The notes under the pieces: model-generated
Seen by the model: only the letters and a program-made list of their open reading frames with translations
Told to the model about the DNA's origin: nothing
The model's database searches: none
Translations under genes and position numbers: made by a program
Part shown: one piece after another, positions 1-9,020 of the stretch
Numbering within the stretch: the stretch's first letter is position 1
How the letters are laid out: every line of letters begins with the position of its first letter
Virus record (IMG/VR): IMGVR_UViG_3300017917_003732
Coordinates: 1 to 64,000 of that record
Length of the DNA stretch: 64,000 nt
Reading direction: 5' to 3' (one strand)
Source: a virus

Positions 1-484
1 CCTGTTCCCGATGGAACGGATCAACGACCGCCTCACGAGGGAGAATGGCTGTTTGAGCGCCTAATCGATGGGGGTGACAGTAGTAAGGGTCCGTAACTGA
101 GTAATAGACGCGGCAAATGAGAGGCCGGGAGGGGTACGCTATACATTCCTTAGTTTCGCTCAACAATGGGCACGGGATCATCGATAGAAGCCATACCTCA
201 TAAGTAGTCCCAAATTGCTGGTCAGCCGTACTTCTCAGCTTTTCACGCAAGGAAAGTGTCCACTTACCATTGCGAACAAGCCATCGAAAAATGAGGAGTC
301 CCTCGAAGATAGAGATCGAAATAGGGTGGTGACAGCACCAGGCGCATCCGACAGTGCAGGTGATCCGTCGCCCTACCCGAGGAACCTCGACCTGAACTCG
401 TCGCTCGAAATCGGCTGCAAGGTCATGCCGCAATACCCGCACCTGGCCGATTGAGGATTCAACCAACACTGAGAGCTTATTCAC
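1..484 (-). CDS. YkgJ-family (CxxxCxxCC) Fe-S/Zn cysteine-cluster protein, 3' end runs off the window
   Basis: Absent from the ORF track because no stop lies in the window. Manual translation from GTG 484 gives ...ITCTVGCAWCCHHPISIS...IPCPLLSETKECIAYPSRPLICRVY, the typical YkgJ pattern. Confidence 0.85.
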   Translation of the reverse strand, partial: MNKLSVLVESSIGQVRVLRHDLAADFERRVQVEVPRVGRRITCTVGCAWCCHHPISISIFEGLLIFRWLVRNGKWTLSLREKLRSTADQQFGTTYEVWLLSMIPCPLLSETKECIAYPSRPLICRVYYSVTDPYYCHPHRLGAQTAILPREAVVDPFHREQ

Positions 485-1028
485 TGTCATCGCCTAAAAG
501 CCGGGTAAACCGATTTTTTTCTGCTGGCTCCAGCGGCTTACGAGAATTGGCGAGAATTTTGCGCTGTTGAACGGTCCCAAATGTTTTGGGCACCACGATA
601 CGGACTAAGGCTCCGTTTTTATGAGTAGCTATTAAAAGCATACCGGGCAGAAGGCCCACTTCAGGGCTCACAAAAAATGAGCCTCCTTCCCGAGCACAGT
701 CACTAGGTACCCAGTCCACCCAGGGGACAAGAACTCGCTCGGACCCTCTCCCCGGTGGTGGAGGTACCATCAGCTGAACGAACGGACCCGCCCCACTTCG
801 TGTCGGGGCCGTGAGCATAGGCCATTTCGTGGGCGGGTGAGTAACGATCTGAAGTTCGGATGAGTGAATTCGGTCATACTCTCGAGGGAGTTCGATTTTT
901 TCTCCTTCTGAGGTATGCAGAATCATGAGACGTGCCACGCGATCGTAACTTGTGACCGACCATGACTTGTCCTGATATCGTACGAGATCACCTAAGTCCA
1001 TTCTCAGTTGCTCCCTAGAGGAGAACAC
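477..1028 (-). CDS. hypothetical protein
   Basis: 183-aa ORF overlapping both neighbours in an operon-like chain. Confidence 0.7.
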   Translation of the reverse strand: MFSSREQLRMDLGDLVRYQDKSWSVTSYDRVARLMILHTSEGEKIELPREYDRIHSSELQIVTHPPTKWPMLTAPTRSGAGPFVQLMVPPPPGRGSERVLVPWVDWVPSDCAREGGSFFVSPEVGLLPGMLLIATHKNGALVRIVVPKTFGTVQQRKILANSRKPLEPAEKNRFTRLLGDDSE

Positions 1029-1357
1029 CGCCCAGAGGCTACGAACTCGTCCAAAAGCGTCGCAACCTCCGGAACTTTCCCCTCTAGAAACTGAATAACT
1101 TCCAATCTCGCTTCCTTTACCCCCTGAAGTAAAAGGTACTCTAATTCCTGCCTTTCCTTCTTATCCTGAAGATTCCACATCTTGAGTAAATCGGTCCACT
1201 CTTTCTGCGATCCCACGAGAAAATCTTGCTCAACTAAAAGTAGGGATTTCCACGAATCGCTAACACCCTCTTCCAAGCTTTTGCGCTCATATACATACAA
1301 ACGCATCTTTGACTTTGCAAAGCGCGTAATAGCCAACAATGTGTGATGCGGATTCAC
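1004..1357 (-). CDS. hypothetical protein
   Basis: ORF 1004..1366; in-frame GTG 1357 preferred because it lies downstream of the GGTGTATCAT element. Confidence 0.65.
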   Translation of the reverse strand: MNPHHTLLAITRFAKSKMRLYVYERKSLEEGVSDSWKSLLLVEQDFLVGSQKEWTDLLKMWNLQDKKERQELEYLLLQGVKEARLEVIQFLEGKVPEVATLLDEFVASGRCSPLGSN

Positions 1358-1412
1358 GTTACCCAATGATACACCTAGTTCCTAGGGGGATTCGGCAACG
1401 TATACTATAAGG

Positions 1413-2234
1413 TCAGGAAAATGCCGCAGCTACTGTCTGCGAGAGAATTGAGTCTACGATCGCTTCTGGGGATTCCGGGCCCAAGGAGGTGGTCGTTACT
1501 GCTTCCGCCGGTGGAGCAGTTTTTGGTTCTACCCTCACCGCCACCTTGGCAGCCCTGGGTGTCCTAACCGCCTTAGGTTTTGCTACCGGTGCAGGCGTAC
1601 CCTCAGGCTCCGGAACAGGTTCAGCCGCTTTCTTAACCTCCGGTTTGGCCTTCGGGGTTTCTGATTTGGCCTCATCGTGCGACGACTTCTTACAATTTGA
1701 ATTGGTGTCATCCAGATAGTAGTGCCCTCGCTGCCCCTCGACCCGCAGGAAAATATCCTTATTTGCAGACAACGTATATCGAATATACCCTAGTGGATCA
1801 TCCGAGTTAGGAAGCCAATGTCGTTTCTTCAGCTCCGTGTGTACTTCAGTTGCAGTAACTGTAGACGACCCCATCACAATTTGAATGGCGTCGATTAATC
1901 TCGGCACCTGCTTAGTTTTCGGGCCACGCTTAGGCGCCTTGGCCTGCATCTTCTTGGGCGCAGCTTTGGCTTTCCTACCAGGCTTTTTCCTGGCCTTCGG
2001 GGCTGACGATTTTGAGGCAGGGAGCATTAGACCGGAATCCGACAGATCCTCGACCGTTGTATCCATACCCAAAATTGCTCGCAGACTCCTAATCTGCTCT
2101 GCTAGAGTATTGTAGTCCTCGATGATCTTGTGGTATTGCTCCGCCAAAGAAGCTAACTTAGCCTCTTTCTTCTCCAATAGCTCCTTTTCGAGATCCGAGT
2201 CAGACTTATTCATCTGGGTTAATCCTTTCTCCAT
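1413..2234 (-). CDS. putative nucleoid/DNA-binding protein (coiled coil, K/A/P-rich linkers, winged-helix-like domain)
   Basis: N-terminal heptad helix; histone-H1-like KAPK segments; central RLIDAIQIVMG...EVHTELKKRHW...YIRYTLS...FLRVEGQRGHYYL resembles a wHTH. Confidence 0.6.
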   Translation of the reverse strand: MEKGLTQMNKSDSDLEKELLEKKEAKLASLAEQYHKIIEDYNTLAEQIRSLRAILGMDTTVEDLSDSGLMLPASKSSAPKARKKPGRKAKAAPKKMQAKAPKRGPKTKQVPRLIDAIQIVMGSSTVTATEVHTELKKRHWLPNSDDPLGYIRYTLSANKDIFLRVEGQRGHYYLDDTNSNCKKSSHDEAKSETPKAKPEVKKAAEPVPEPEGTPAPVAKPKAVRTPRAAKVAVRVEPKTAPPAEAVTTTSLGPESPEAIVDSILSQTVAAAFS

Positions 2235-2294
2235 CTATTAGTACCCAAAAGGGTACCATAATTCAAACATCCGCACCACTGATTAAGTGTGGGG

Positions 2295-2594
2295 TCATCT
2301 TTGTTGCGTGAGCCGATCGATGACCTCAGACCTTTTAGCGTCCTCTTCGCCCGCCTTCAAGCTTTTAAATTCGCACCTCTCAATTTGATAACACGTCGCG
2401 ACGACCCCTGGTCCCGCCCTTAGTCCATCACATCTCTGACAGACTTGAGTGCCGAAGTTTAACTTGAAATTTAGCCTAGAAATCTCGAGCATAGCCTCGT
2501 GATAGGCTTTCTGGAGTTCCAGTGCGGACGTGTACGCAACCTCAAAATCCCCCTCTTTGAAGGCCGTAAGGAGAGTTTCTGCGGGGTCTCTCAA
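2295..2594 (-). CDS. hypothetical protein with CxxC...C...C cluster
   Basis: 3' part of track ORF 2295..3047; TTG 2594 overlaps the TGA of the upstream gene (TTGA). Confidence 0.6.
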   Translation of the reverse strand: MRDPAETLLTAFKEGDFEVAYTSALELQKAYHEAMLEISRLNFKLNFGTQVCQRCDGLRAGPGVVATCYQIERCEFKSLKAGEEDAKRSEVIDRLTQQR

Positions 2595-2812
2595 GTGGGA
2601 AACTCTCGTTCTAGATCCCTGTCGGAAATTATCCCAAACTTCCTTAGGGTTATCTCGGATTTCCCCTGTCGAATCGCGCGACGAAGCGCTTCCAAACGAG
2701 GGTCTCCCGTAGTCTCGGCTCGCTTGATGGCTCGGGACATCAGGGCATCCCACGCTAGTGGACCCACCGGTGTTATCTGTTTTATCGGCTCGTGTGTGCG
2801 TGCGGTCTTCAT
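2591..2812 (-). CDS. hypothetical protein
   Basis: 73-aa ORF coupled by an ATGA overlap to the upstream gene. Confidence 0.6.
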   Translation of the reverse strand: MKTARTHEPIKQITPVGPLAWDALMSRAIKRAETTGDPRLEALRRAIRQGKSEITLRKFGIISDRDLEREFPT

Positions 2813-3192
2813 TCTGACTCATCTGCCTTATGGGTAAGCTCAGCTTCCAAAACTCCCAACTCGGAAGAAATAGAAGAGCTTTCAGTAAAGAACTGCTTGA
2901 AGTAGTAGAGTATCCGAATGAGTACTCTTTGATGAATCTCTTGGCGCAACCCCAAGTGGAGTAGGCTTGTTTGGACTGACTCAACCGCTTCCTGAGCTTG
3001 CTTCGCCACCTGCATGATCTCACCAGATTCATCGATTTTCTCGGCAAGGTTTTGCATTTGTTGCACCGCCGACAAAAACTGATCGATCTTTGAGGTCAGG
3101 TCCCCGACTTGAGCTAGTCCCTGAAATGCGGTAGAAGTAAGAGACTTGGTGTCCTCGATCCTTCTAAGTTTTCGTAGCTGCCGAGCGCTCAT
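2809..3192 (-). CDS. hypothetical coiled-coil protein
   Basis: 127-aa helical ORF with ATGA overlaps on both sides. Confidence 0.7.
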   Translation of the reverse strand: MSARQLRKLRRIEDTKSLTSTAFQGLAQVGDLTSKIDQFLSAVQQMQNLAEKIDESGEIMQVAKQAQEAVESVQTSLLHLGLRQEIHQRVLIRILYYFKQFFTESSSISSELGVLEAELTHKADESE

Positions 3193-3518
3193 CGATCGCT
3201 ACAATTCCCGCGAAATACATTGTAGAATGGAAGACAGTCTGTCTGGTTCATACGCTTTTGCGCTTCGTCATCCTCTTGAACCGTAGGAAGAAGCGGGACT
3301 TTATCCAACAAGTCATGGAGTTCGTCACACGTTGTTACGCGTCTCAGATCGTCTCTTGCTTTCGGGTTATGTTGGATCGCGTAGATTACCTGATCCTTGG
3401 TCATAGTATCTAGGAGGCAAACCCCCTCACCAAACCACTCGTTGTTTGTGATGTCCCCGTCACAAAGAGTTGGTTCGAACCCAGTCCCGTGTGGTGCGTC
3501 ATCGTAACAATCGCTCAT
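3189..3518 (-). CDS. hypothetical acidic protein
   Basis: Start moved to ATG 3518 (TAATG overlap with upstream stop, GAGG SD). Confidence 0.6.
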   Translation of the reverse strand: MSDCYDDAPHGTGFEPTLCDGDITNNEWFGEGVCLLDTMTKDQVIYAIQHNPKARDDLRRVTTCDELHDLLDKVPLLPTVQEDDEAQKRMNQTDCLPFYNVFRGNCSDR

Positions 3519-3787
3519 TATTTCCTCAACCATTCCATTCGAAATAGAGTCTTTTTCCCCCCAAGGGTTACACAACAAAAGAGCACTCCGCCTCTTCGTC
3601 GCAGCTTGAACAGCGGAGTCTTCGTAGGGGCACGAAGAACAATAGTCTTAACCTGTGTCACGAAGTCTTCCTGCGATGAGGTCTCCACCGCTTTGCGAAC
3701 ATCTTCACTCGTGATATCAGGCGAGTCTTCCTCCAGGTCGATACCTAGGTCCTCTGGAGCCAAAAATGGACTGGGTACAAACTTCAT
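3518..3787 (-). CDS. hypothetical protein
   Basis: 89-aa ORF translationally coupled to the DUF1848 gene. Confidence 0.6.
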   Translation of the reverse strand: MKFVPSPFLAPEDLGIDLEEDSPDITSEDVRKAVETSSQEDFVTQVKTIVLRAPTKTPLFKLRRRGGVLFCCVTLGGKKTLFRMEWLRK

Positions 3788-4638
3788 AGGATCACCGGAA
3801 GTTTTCGGGTAGTCCGCCGCTCAGGACTTAAATTCTTGTCCGCCGCATAGCAGTACTTACATCCGAGTTTGCAAGTCTCATTGACCGTGAAGGGATCTAC
3901 CATCAGAGCACAACCACATCCCTCAGAAGGACTCAGGTCTCTGCCCGGTATCGAAAAATCTTCTGGTGGCGCGCAAACCCCACTACTGAGATTTGGGTGA
4001 GGTTGCGCGATCCCCCAAAGAAATCGATCCTCATTACAGAGGTATACTCTAACCCCCCTCCGTTCCGCTAGCTCAGCAATTTGAACAAGTACGTTCATCT
4101 TGTCGGTATCCGTACGGGTTTCCGGCATGAGGTCGTTCCTATGAAGGAACGACAGATAGACTCGGTTTAGTCCGTGCTCGGCTGCCATAGCCAGGATCTG
4201 GTCAAATCGAGGCACTACATCTGATACCATGGGGACCGGACTGAACCTCCAATAGATGTTCTCCGGTTTGAATACATCCGCTGCCATCGCTAGGGTAGCA
4301 ATCCCCTGACGTAAACTCGGAACCCGATCCTCCACCTCTTCCCAGCCAGTGAGGGTAAAGTGAACCTTAACCCTATATCCTCGCTCGAGGGGGTTCCAAT
4401 CCCAGATTAGGTTAGTTGGATCTTTCGTCCAGAACACAAGACCAAGAGTATCGTCGGGTCTCAACGACCATCTGGCAGGCATCCCATTTTTAGGGTCAAA
4501 CCCAATCATCATGCCAGACTTTATCGCAGATTTGAACCATTCCCACTTACTCTCGTCCCCACAAACGTCCGTCCATCGAGATAGGGAGTACGGAAAACCA
4601 GCTTCTCTACCGCTTTTTATGACTTTTTTGTTGAGCAC
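3784..4638 (-). CDS. DUF1848-family radical-SAM-like protein
   Basis: SLSRWTD, LVFWTKDP, IYWRFSP motifs and C-terminal CGC...TCKLGCKYCYA (CxxxCxxC); GTG 4638 lies 5 nt after the promoter-like element. Confidence 0.8.
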   Translation of the reverse strand: MLNKKVIKSGREAGFPYSLSRWTDVCGDESKWEWFKSAIKSGMMIGFDPKNGMPARWSLRPDDTLGLVFWTKDPTNLIWDWNPLERGYRVKVHFTLTGWEEVEDRVPSLRQGIATLAMAADVFKPENIYWRFSPVPMVSDVVPRFDQILAMAAEHGLNRVYLSFLHRNDLMPETRTDTDKMNVLVQIAELAERRGVRVYLCNEDRFLWGIAQPHPNLSSGVCAPPEDFSIPGRDLSPSEGCGCALMVDPFTVNETCKLGCKYCYAADKNLSPERRTTRKLPVIL

Positions 4639-4643
4639 AATCA

Positions 4644-4653
4644 AGTTTACACC
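4644..4653 (-). promoter_or_regulatory. GGTG-TAnnnT promoter-like element (GGTGTAAACT)
   Basis: 5 nt upstream of in-frame GTG 4638. Confidence 0.55.
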
Positions 4654-4702
4654 AAAAATGGTTTCAAGTTGAAAAAATCTTAGGGTCAGCCGTTGTTAAG
4701 TC

Positions 4703-5122
4703 ATGAAGGCTCACACGGTTTGCCCTCGGTGCCTAGGAAACGGTTATCTTGGTCAGTACAGCCATGTACAAGATGGGATATGCTTTCGCTGCAAAGGATC
4801 TGGAGAGATCCAAGTTCAGATCAATTTTTGGGAAAGAAGTATCCAAGTAGGAGCACAGACTATCCCGATAGAACCCTACCAGAGGATGAACCGAAAAGAG
4901 TTGGTGCAGGAAGCCGCTCAAATTCTGAACGGCCCGCCATCGCAATGCAACCAGGCAAGGTCTATTGCGATCCTAGGTCTCGTACTAGGCCTGGCCGACC
5001 TTAAGGTACGTGACCGAGGCCTGGCCGCCTTTGATACCCGGTGCGAAGTCCCAGAAGACCGGAACACCCTCAGAGCACTTGTGGCTAAGGTTTCCTCGTT
5101 GCGCAAGCAAAAGGCTGCTTAG
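4703..5122 (+). CDS. phage protein with DnaJ-type CxxCxGxG zinc finger
   Basis: CPRCLGNG...CFRCKGSG at the N-terminus. Confidence 0.75.
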   Translation: MKAHTVCPRCLGNGYLGQYSHVQDGICFRCKGSGEIQVQINFWERSIQVGAQTIPIEPYQRMNRKELVQEAAQILNGPPSQCNQARSIAILGLVLGLADLKVRDRGLAAFDTRCEVPEDRNTLRALVAKVSSLRKQKAA

Positions 5123-5126
5123 CTCC

Positions 5127-5136
5127 GGTGTAGCTT
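5127..5136 (+). promoter_or_regulatory. GGTG-TAnnnT promoter-like element (GGTGTAGCTT)
   Basis: 5 nt upstream of ATG 5142. Confidence 0.6.
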
Positions 5137-5141
5137 CGCAC

Positions 5142-5714
5142 ATGCTAACTGACTCGGTAACCGAACTCTCCAAGATTTCTAACCAAATAGCCCACGAAAA
5201 AGGATGGTGGGACACACCTAGGTCCAAAGCGGCCATCAGTCTTTTAGTACAGACTGAAATATCTGAAATAATAGAAGAGTACAGAAAAAATCACGAAGTG
5301 AATGAGGTCTGGTACGAAAAAACCTACTCTAAGGAGGGGGTTGAGTATACTACCGTAGGAGAGAAAGGCGATAAACCATGTGGAATTCCCATCGAATTGG
5401 CCGATGTGGTGATTCGGATTGCAGATTACTCCGCTGAACAGGGGTACGATCTGGACCAGGCTTTAGGGCGATTGCCCGCACTAGAGAACTATGATTCACT
5501 AGAAGAGTACTTAGTCCGAATAAGCTGGGCCATCTCTATGGCGTGGAACGCGGACTCACATGGGGTCCTAACTGAGGACTTTTTCCTAGCTATAGCCATC
5601 AGGTATGCGTTTCGATTAGCTTATGACTTCAACATCGATATATGGAGCGCGATTGCCGAAAAAACCGGCTACAACCAAAGAAGGCCCTACCGGCATGGAA
5701 ATAAGCGAATCTGA
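5142..5714 (+). CDS. MazG-like nucleoside triphosphate pyrophosphohydrolase
   Basis: AHEKGWW, TEISEIIEEYR, GIPIELADVVIRIAD and EKTGYNQRRPYRHG motifs; start ATG 5142. Confidence 0.85.
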   Translation: MLTDSVTELSKISNQIAHEKGWWDTPRSKAAISLLVQTEISEIIEEYRKNHEVNEVWYEKTYSKEGVEYTTVGEKGDKPCGIPIELADVVIRIADYSAEQGYDLDQALGRLPALENYDSLEEYLVRISWAISMAWNADSHGVLTEDFFLAIAIRYAFRLAYDFNIDIWSAIAEKTGYNQRRPYRHGNKRI

Positions 5715-6381
5715 TACTTGTCGGGACGACAGGGAAAAGTACGAAAAGCTTCGCCTAACCTGCCCATATGTCATCGGAGCGGACGAATGCGGATTTGGGA
5801 CATGGGCAGGGCCTCTTGTCGTCTGTGCTGTGGGCGTTCGAACCAATTGGGTTCCGCCACTTGGGGTAGACGACTCAAAAAAGGTGAGGCCAAAAAAACG
5901 TGAGGCCTTATTTGAGCTACTTTCACCCAAAATCACACATGCAATAGAGCTAGCCCATGCGGACGAAATCGACCGGGATGGTGTCATGTCCGCACTTCAC
6001 AGGTGCTACCTCGCCACGATTACAAGGGTCCAAGAGAAGTACCCAGACGCTTTTGTTGTCATCGATGGTACCGTCAAAATCCATGACCTCAATCATCTTC
6101 GTTTCCCGAAAGCGGACGGAATAGTTCCGGCTGTTTCCACCGCGAGCATTTTAGGTAAGGTCACCCACGATCGTTATATGTGGAAATTGGCCGAACAATA
6201 TCCTGGGTACGGCCTCTACAAGCATCAAGGCTACGGGACCGCAGAACACAGAGCAGCCATCGCCAGACTCGGCATGACCCCCATTCATCGAAAAAGTTAT
6301 GTCCCGGTACTCAAGGAAGATCGATACAAGGAAGCAGAAGGAATCAGCTTAGACTCGGAGGGTCCAATCAAGTCCTTGTAG
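5695..6381 (+). CDS. rnhB: ribonuclease HII
   Basis: GADECGFGTWAGPL, DDSKK, IDG, KADG, ASILGKV, HQGYGT..H and HRKSY motifs. Confidence 0.95.
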   Translation: MEISESDTCRDDREKYEKLRLTCPYVIGADECGFGTWAGPLVVCAVGVRTNWVPPLGVDDSKKVRPKKREALFELLSPKITHAIELAHADEIDRDGVMSALHRCYLATITRVQEKYPDAFVVIDGTVKIHDLNHLRFPKADGIVPAVSTASILGKVTHDRYMWKLAEQYPGYGLYKHQGYGTAEHRAAIARLGMTPIHRKSYVPVLKEDRYKEAEGISLDSEGPIKSL

Positions 6382-6394
6382 CCAGAGATCCTGC

Positions 6395-6604
6395 ATGATC
6401 CTAAAAATCGTCGGGACCGAAGAAGCTCGCCCCATCTATTCGAAGATGGACAAAAAAGACCCATCCAAGTATGCTAACCTTATACCAGGAAGGATTAGAC
6501 ACTCACTCGTCCTTGAACACCCGGACGGCACCCAGGTCAAAGTGCAAGTGCCTTCTGCATTTTTCGAGAAGTGCCTAATCAGATGCAGTTCTGATTGCAT
6601 CTAG
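6395..6604 (+). CDS. hypothetical protein
   Basis: 69-aa ORF directly after rnhB. Confidence 0.5.
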   Translation: MILKIVGTEEARPIYSKMDKKDPSKYANLIPGRIRHSLVLEHPDGTQVKVQVPSAFFEKCLIRCSSDCI

Positions 6605-7036
6605 GGACAGAGTCCCTGCTGGACCTTCGATGAGGTCTCCCTCCAAAGGCCACCCTTTTTGAAGAGCGAGACGCGCAAGCTCGCGTCCACGAACGAAAGC
6701 ATCCGCGATAGCCTCAGAGATCCCTTTCGATAGTCCCGTAGCTTCCCGGATCTTTTTCGCAATTTTCTCGGCCTTGTGCTCTTTGGTTTCCTTCGGGTCA
6801 TACTTGAAGGATTCCCTAAACCGAGTCGCGATCTTTCGGGCTATCACAACATCCTGAAAGTCTCGGAGCGCCGATTTCGTTCTCAGGTACTCAGAAGGAT
6901 CCTTATGGCAGTGGGGTGACCCCGGATTCTTGTGTTTACAGTAGATAGACCAGGCGGTGGCCCAAGCCTGCTCCTCACTGTAAGAAGGGTTCTGCTCTTT
7001 AACTTGCTTGTAGTACTTATCTACAGGGCTAGGCAT
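6575..7036 (-). CDS. hypothetical protein with ChaB-like N-terminus
   Basis: YSEEQAWATAWSIY resembles ChaB; internal VIARKIATRF motif. Confidence 0.6.
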   Translation of the reverse strand: MPSPVDKYYKQVKEQNPSYSEEQAWATAWSIYCKHKNPGSPHCHKDPSEYLRTKSALRDFQDVVIARKIATRFRESFKYDPKETKEHKAEKIAKKIREATGLSKGISEAIADAFVRGRELARLALQKGWPLEGDLIEGPAGTLSLDAIRTASD

Positions 7037-7038
7037 GA

Positions 7039-7707
7039 TCAGACCCTATGCTTTTTGTCCCAAAGGCGCTCAGCCATGAGCATTAACTTCTTCATGTCAT
7101 CAAGACTTCGGTACTTGCGCTCTAACTCAACTTCCCCATAGCTCCCCTCATAATCGGCACCCTGCGAAAAGTGAATCCTCGCCTCTTGGGGTCTGTTAAG
7201 TTGCAGGGCCTCCCGAACGTTCTCGAAATCGACTGTCATTTGTGCATCATCGTATTTGTCAGAATTTCGATAAGAAGCGACAGCAGAACCAAAATCCTCG
7301 CTGAAGTCTACTTCCCACTTTGCGTTCTGGAGGCTCTTGACCTGAACTTCCAAGTCCTTCGCGGCTTCTCGAGAGGCTTTCGCAATCTCACCCTCTATTT
7401 GCTTTAGAATACGCTCCACATCGTGTGGATCTTTCCAGTCACCACGAATAGGCTTGTTCGCAATCTCACCTTCGTACTGTCCTGGAGGTCCATCACCCTT
7501 AAACCAAAAGTAAATGGAGGCCGGGATGAGAAGGTCATACTGCCCTTCGTAAGAGTACTCGACTTTATAGGCATCTTGGAATACGTCGAGTTTTTCTGGC
7601 GTCAGCCTAAAGTTTCGGACTTCCGGCCAGCTTTCACTATGCGTCATCGGAAGGCCTATACTGGCCTGAAATCTACGAACAACTCTTGATACTATAGACA
7701 GGTTCAT
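7039..7707 (-). CDS. hypothetical protein (candidate virion-internal protein)
   Basis: 222-aa ORF, AAGGAG SD, N-terminal IVSRVVRRFQA motif. Confidence 0.7.
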   Translation of the reverse strand: MNLSIVSRVVRRFQASIGLPMTHSESWPEVRNFRLTPEKLDVFQDAYKVEYSYEGQYDLLIPASIYFWFKGDGPPGQYEGEIANKPIRGDWKDPHDVERILKQIEGEIAKASREAAKDLEVQVKSLQNAKWEVDFSEDFGSAVASYRNSDKYDDAQMTVDFENVREALQLNRPQEARIHFSQGADYEGSYGEVELERKYRSLDDMKKLMLMAERLWDKKHRV

Positions 7708-7742
7708 GAGAAAGCTCCTTCCCCACTAAACCTATCAAAAGA

Positions 7743-9005
7743 TCAGGCTTCGGCTTTTTGCTGCCCCCGAAGGGTGATAACGCCCTGGCCTCCCTGCACG
7801 GTCTCTTCAGTCACAAGGATGCGCTCAATATCAGCATTACTCGGGGAATCGTACGCAAAAGTCTTCAACGTCTTCTCTACGATACTCCTGAGAGCACGAG
7901 CGCCTGTGGGGCGTTTTTTAGCCTCTCTAGCGATAGCCCGGAGGGCTTCTTCCGTGAAATCTAGCACGATATGATCCATCCGAAATAAGCTCTTGACCTG
8001 CTTGACAATGCTGTTTTTAGGCTCCGTAAGAACCTGAACCATTTCGTCTTCGCTTAGCTCGACTGTCGTGGTGAGGACCGGAAGTCTTCCCATCATTTCC
8101 GGAATTACTCCAAATTCCATAATGTCGTCTTCGGTAGCCTCAAGATATGAAGTCGAAGTATCCAGCTTACGTTTTTCTGAGGAGGCGCCGAAGCCAAGAC
8201 GAACAGCCCCTTTGTTTAAGCGGCTCTCAACTATGGGCTCGATTCCAGAAAAGGACCCCGCGCAAATGAACAAAATGTTCGCAGTATCGATGGTATCGTA
8301 AGCGGTCATCATTCCCGCCTTACCGCCACGAGGGACATTAACCTTGGACCCCTCCAAAAGTTTTAGTAGGGCTTGTTGAACCCCCTCACCCGAAACGTCT
8401 CGATATCCAGCGCGTTCGCGTCCAGACCCACGAGCGATCTTGTCCACCTCGTCCAAAAAAATAATCCCCCATTGCGCCCGCTCGATATCCCCGCCTGCAT
8501 CCAGGATGAGCCCCTGAAGTAGGGTTTCCACGTCATCTCCCACATACCCGGCCTGAGTCAGTCGGGTAGCATCCCCGACGTGAAACGGGACCTGAAGCAT
8601 CCTTGCAATGGTCCTGGCTAAGTGGGTCTTGCCAGTGCCTGATGGACCGAGAAGCAAAATATTGCTCTTTTCGATTTCGACCCGCTCTGAACCGTCCTCA
8701 ATCTTGGTAGTCCGAAGCTGCCGTCGTTTGAAGTGGTTGTAGACTGCAATGGAAATGTCCACTTTGGCTTGATCCTGACCGATCACGAATTGGTCTAGGT
8801 AAGCCCGAATTTCCCGAGGTTTCCTCAGGGGCTCCTCTTTGGGTACCTCAAATCCTCCCCTTTTTGCCCCGGCTTTAATCTCACTTGCAGCCGTATCGAC
8901 GCACCTGTTGCAGATAAATGGCCCATCTTCCGGATGGGCTGCGATTATATTCTTGACTTCGTTGCGCGGACGTCCACAAAAAGAACACCTAATCGGGTTG
9001 GGCAT
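7743..9005 (-). CDS. clpX: ATP-dependent Clp protease ATP-binding subunit ClpX
   Basis: CSFCG...ICNRC zinc-binding domain, KSNILLLGPSGTGKT, AGYVGDDVE, DEVDKI, RDVSGEGVQQALLK, LGF loop, TGARALR. Confidence 0.97.
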   Translation of the reverse strand: MPNPIRCSFCGRPRNEVKNIIAAHPEDGPFICNRCVDTAASEIKAGAKRGGFEVPKEEPLRKPREIRAYLDQFVIGQDQAKVDISIAVYNHFKRRQLRTTKIEDGSERVEIEKSNILLLGPSGTGKTHLARTIARMLQVPFHVGDATRLTQAGYVGDDVETLLQGLILDAGGDIERAQWGIIFLDEVDKIARGSGRERAGYRDVSGEGVQQALLKLLEGSKVNVPRGGKAGMMTAYDTIDTANILFICAGSFSGIEPIVESRLNKGAVRLGFGASSEKRKLDTSTSYLEATEDDIMEFGVIPEMMGRLPVLTTTVELSEDEMVQVLTEPKNSIVKQVKSLFRMDHIVLDFTEEALRAIAREAKKRPTGARALRSIVEKTLKTFAYDSPSNADIERILVTEETVQGGQGVITLRGQQKAEA

Positions 9006-9010
9006 GATCG

Positions 9011-9020
9011 ATCTTACACC
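9011..9020 (-). promoter_or_regulatory. GGTG-TAnnnT promoter-like element (GGTGTAAGAT)
   Basis: 5 nt upstream of the clpX ATG; no SD in between. Confidence 0.6.

Noticed and set aside
215-454. 79-aa plus-strand ORF, or a possible ncRNA in the apparently empty first 470 nt
   Set aside because: The minus strand encodes a clear YkgJ-like protein across this region.
2595-3047. N-terminal 150 aa of track ORF 2295..3047
   Set aside because: It overlaps two better-coupled same-strand genes in other frames; a TTGA overlap at 2594 gives a cleaner start.
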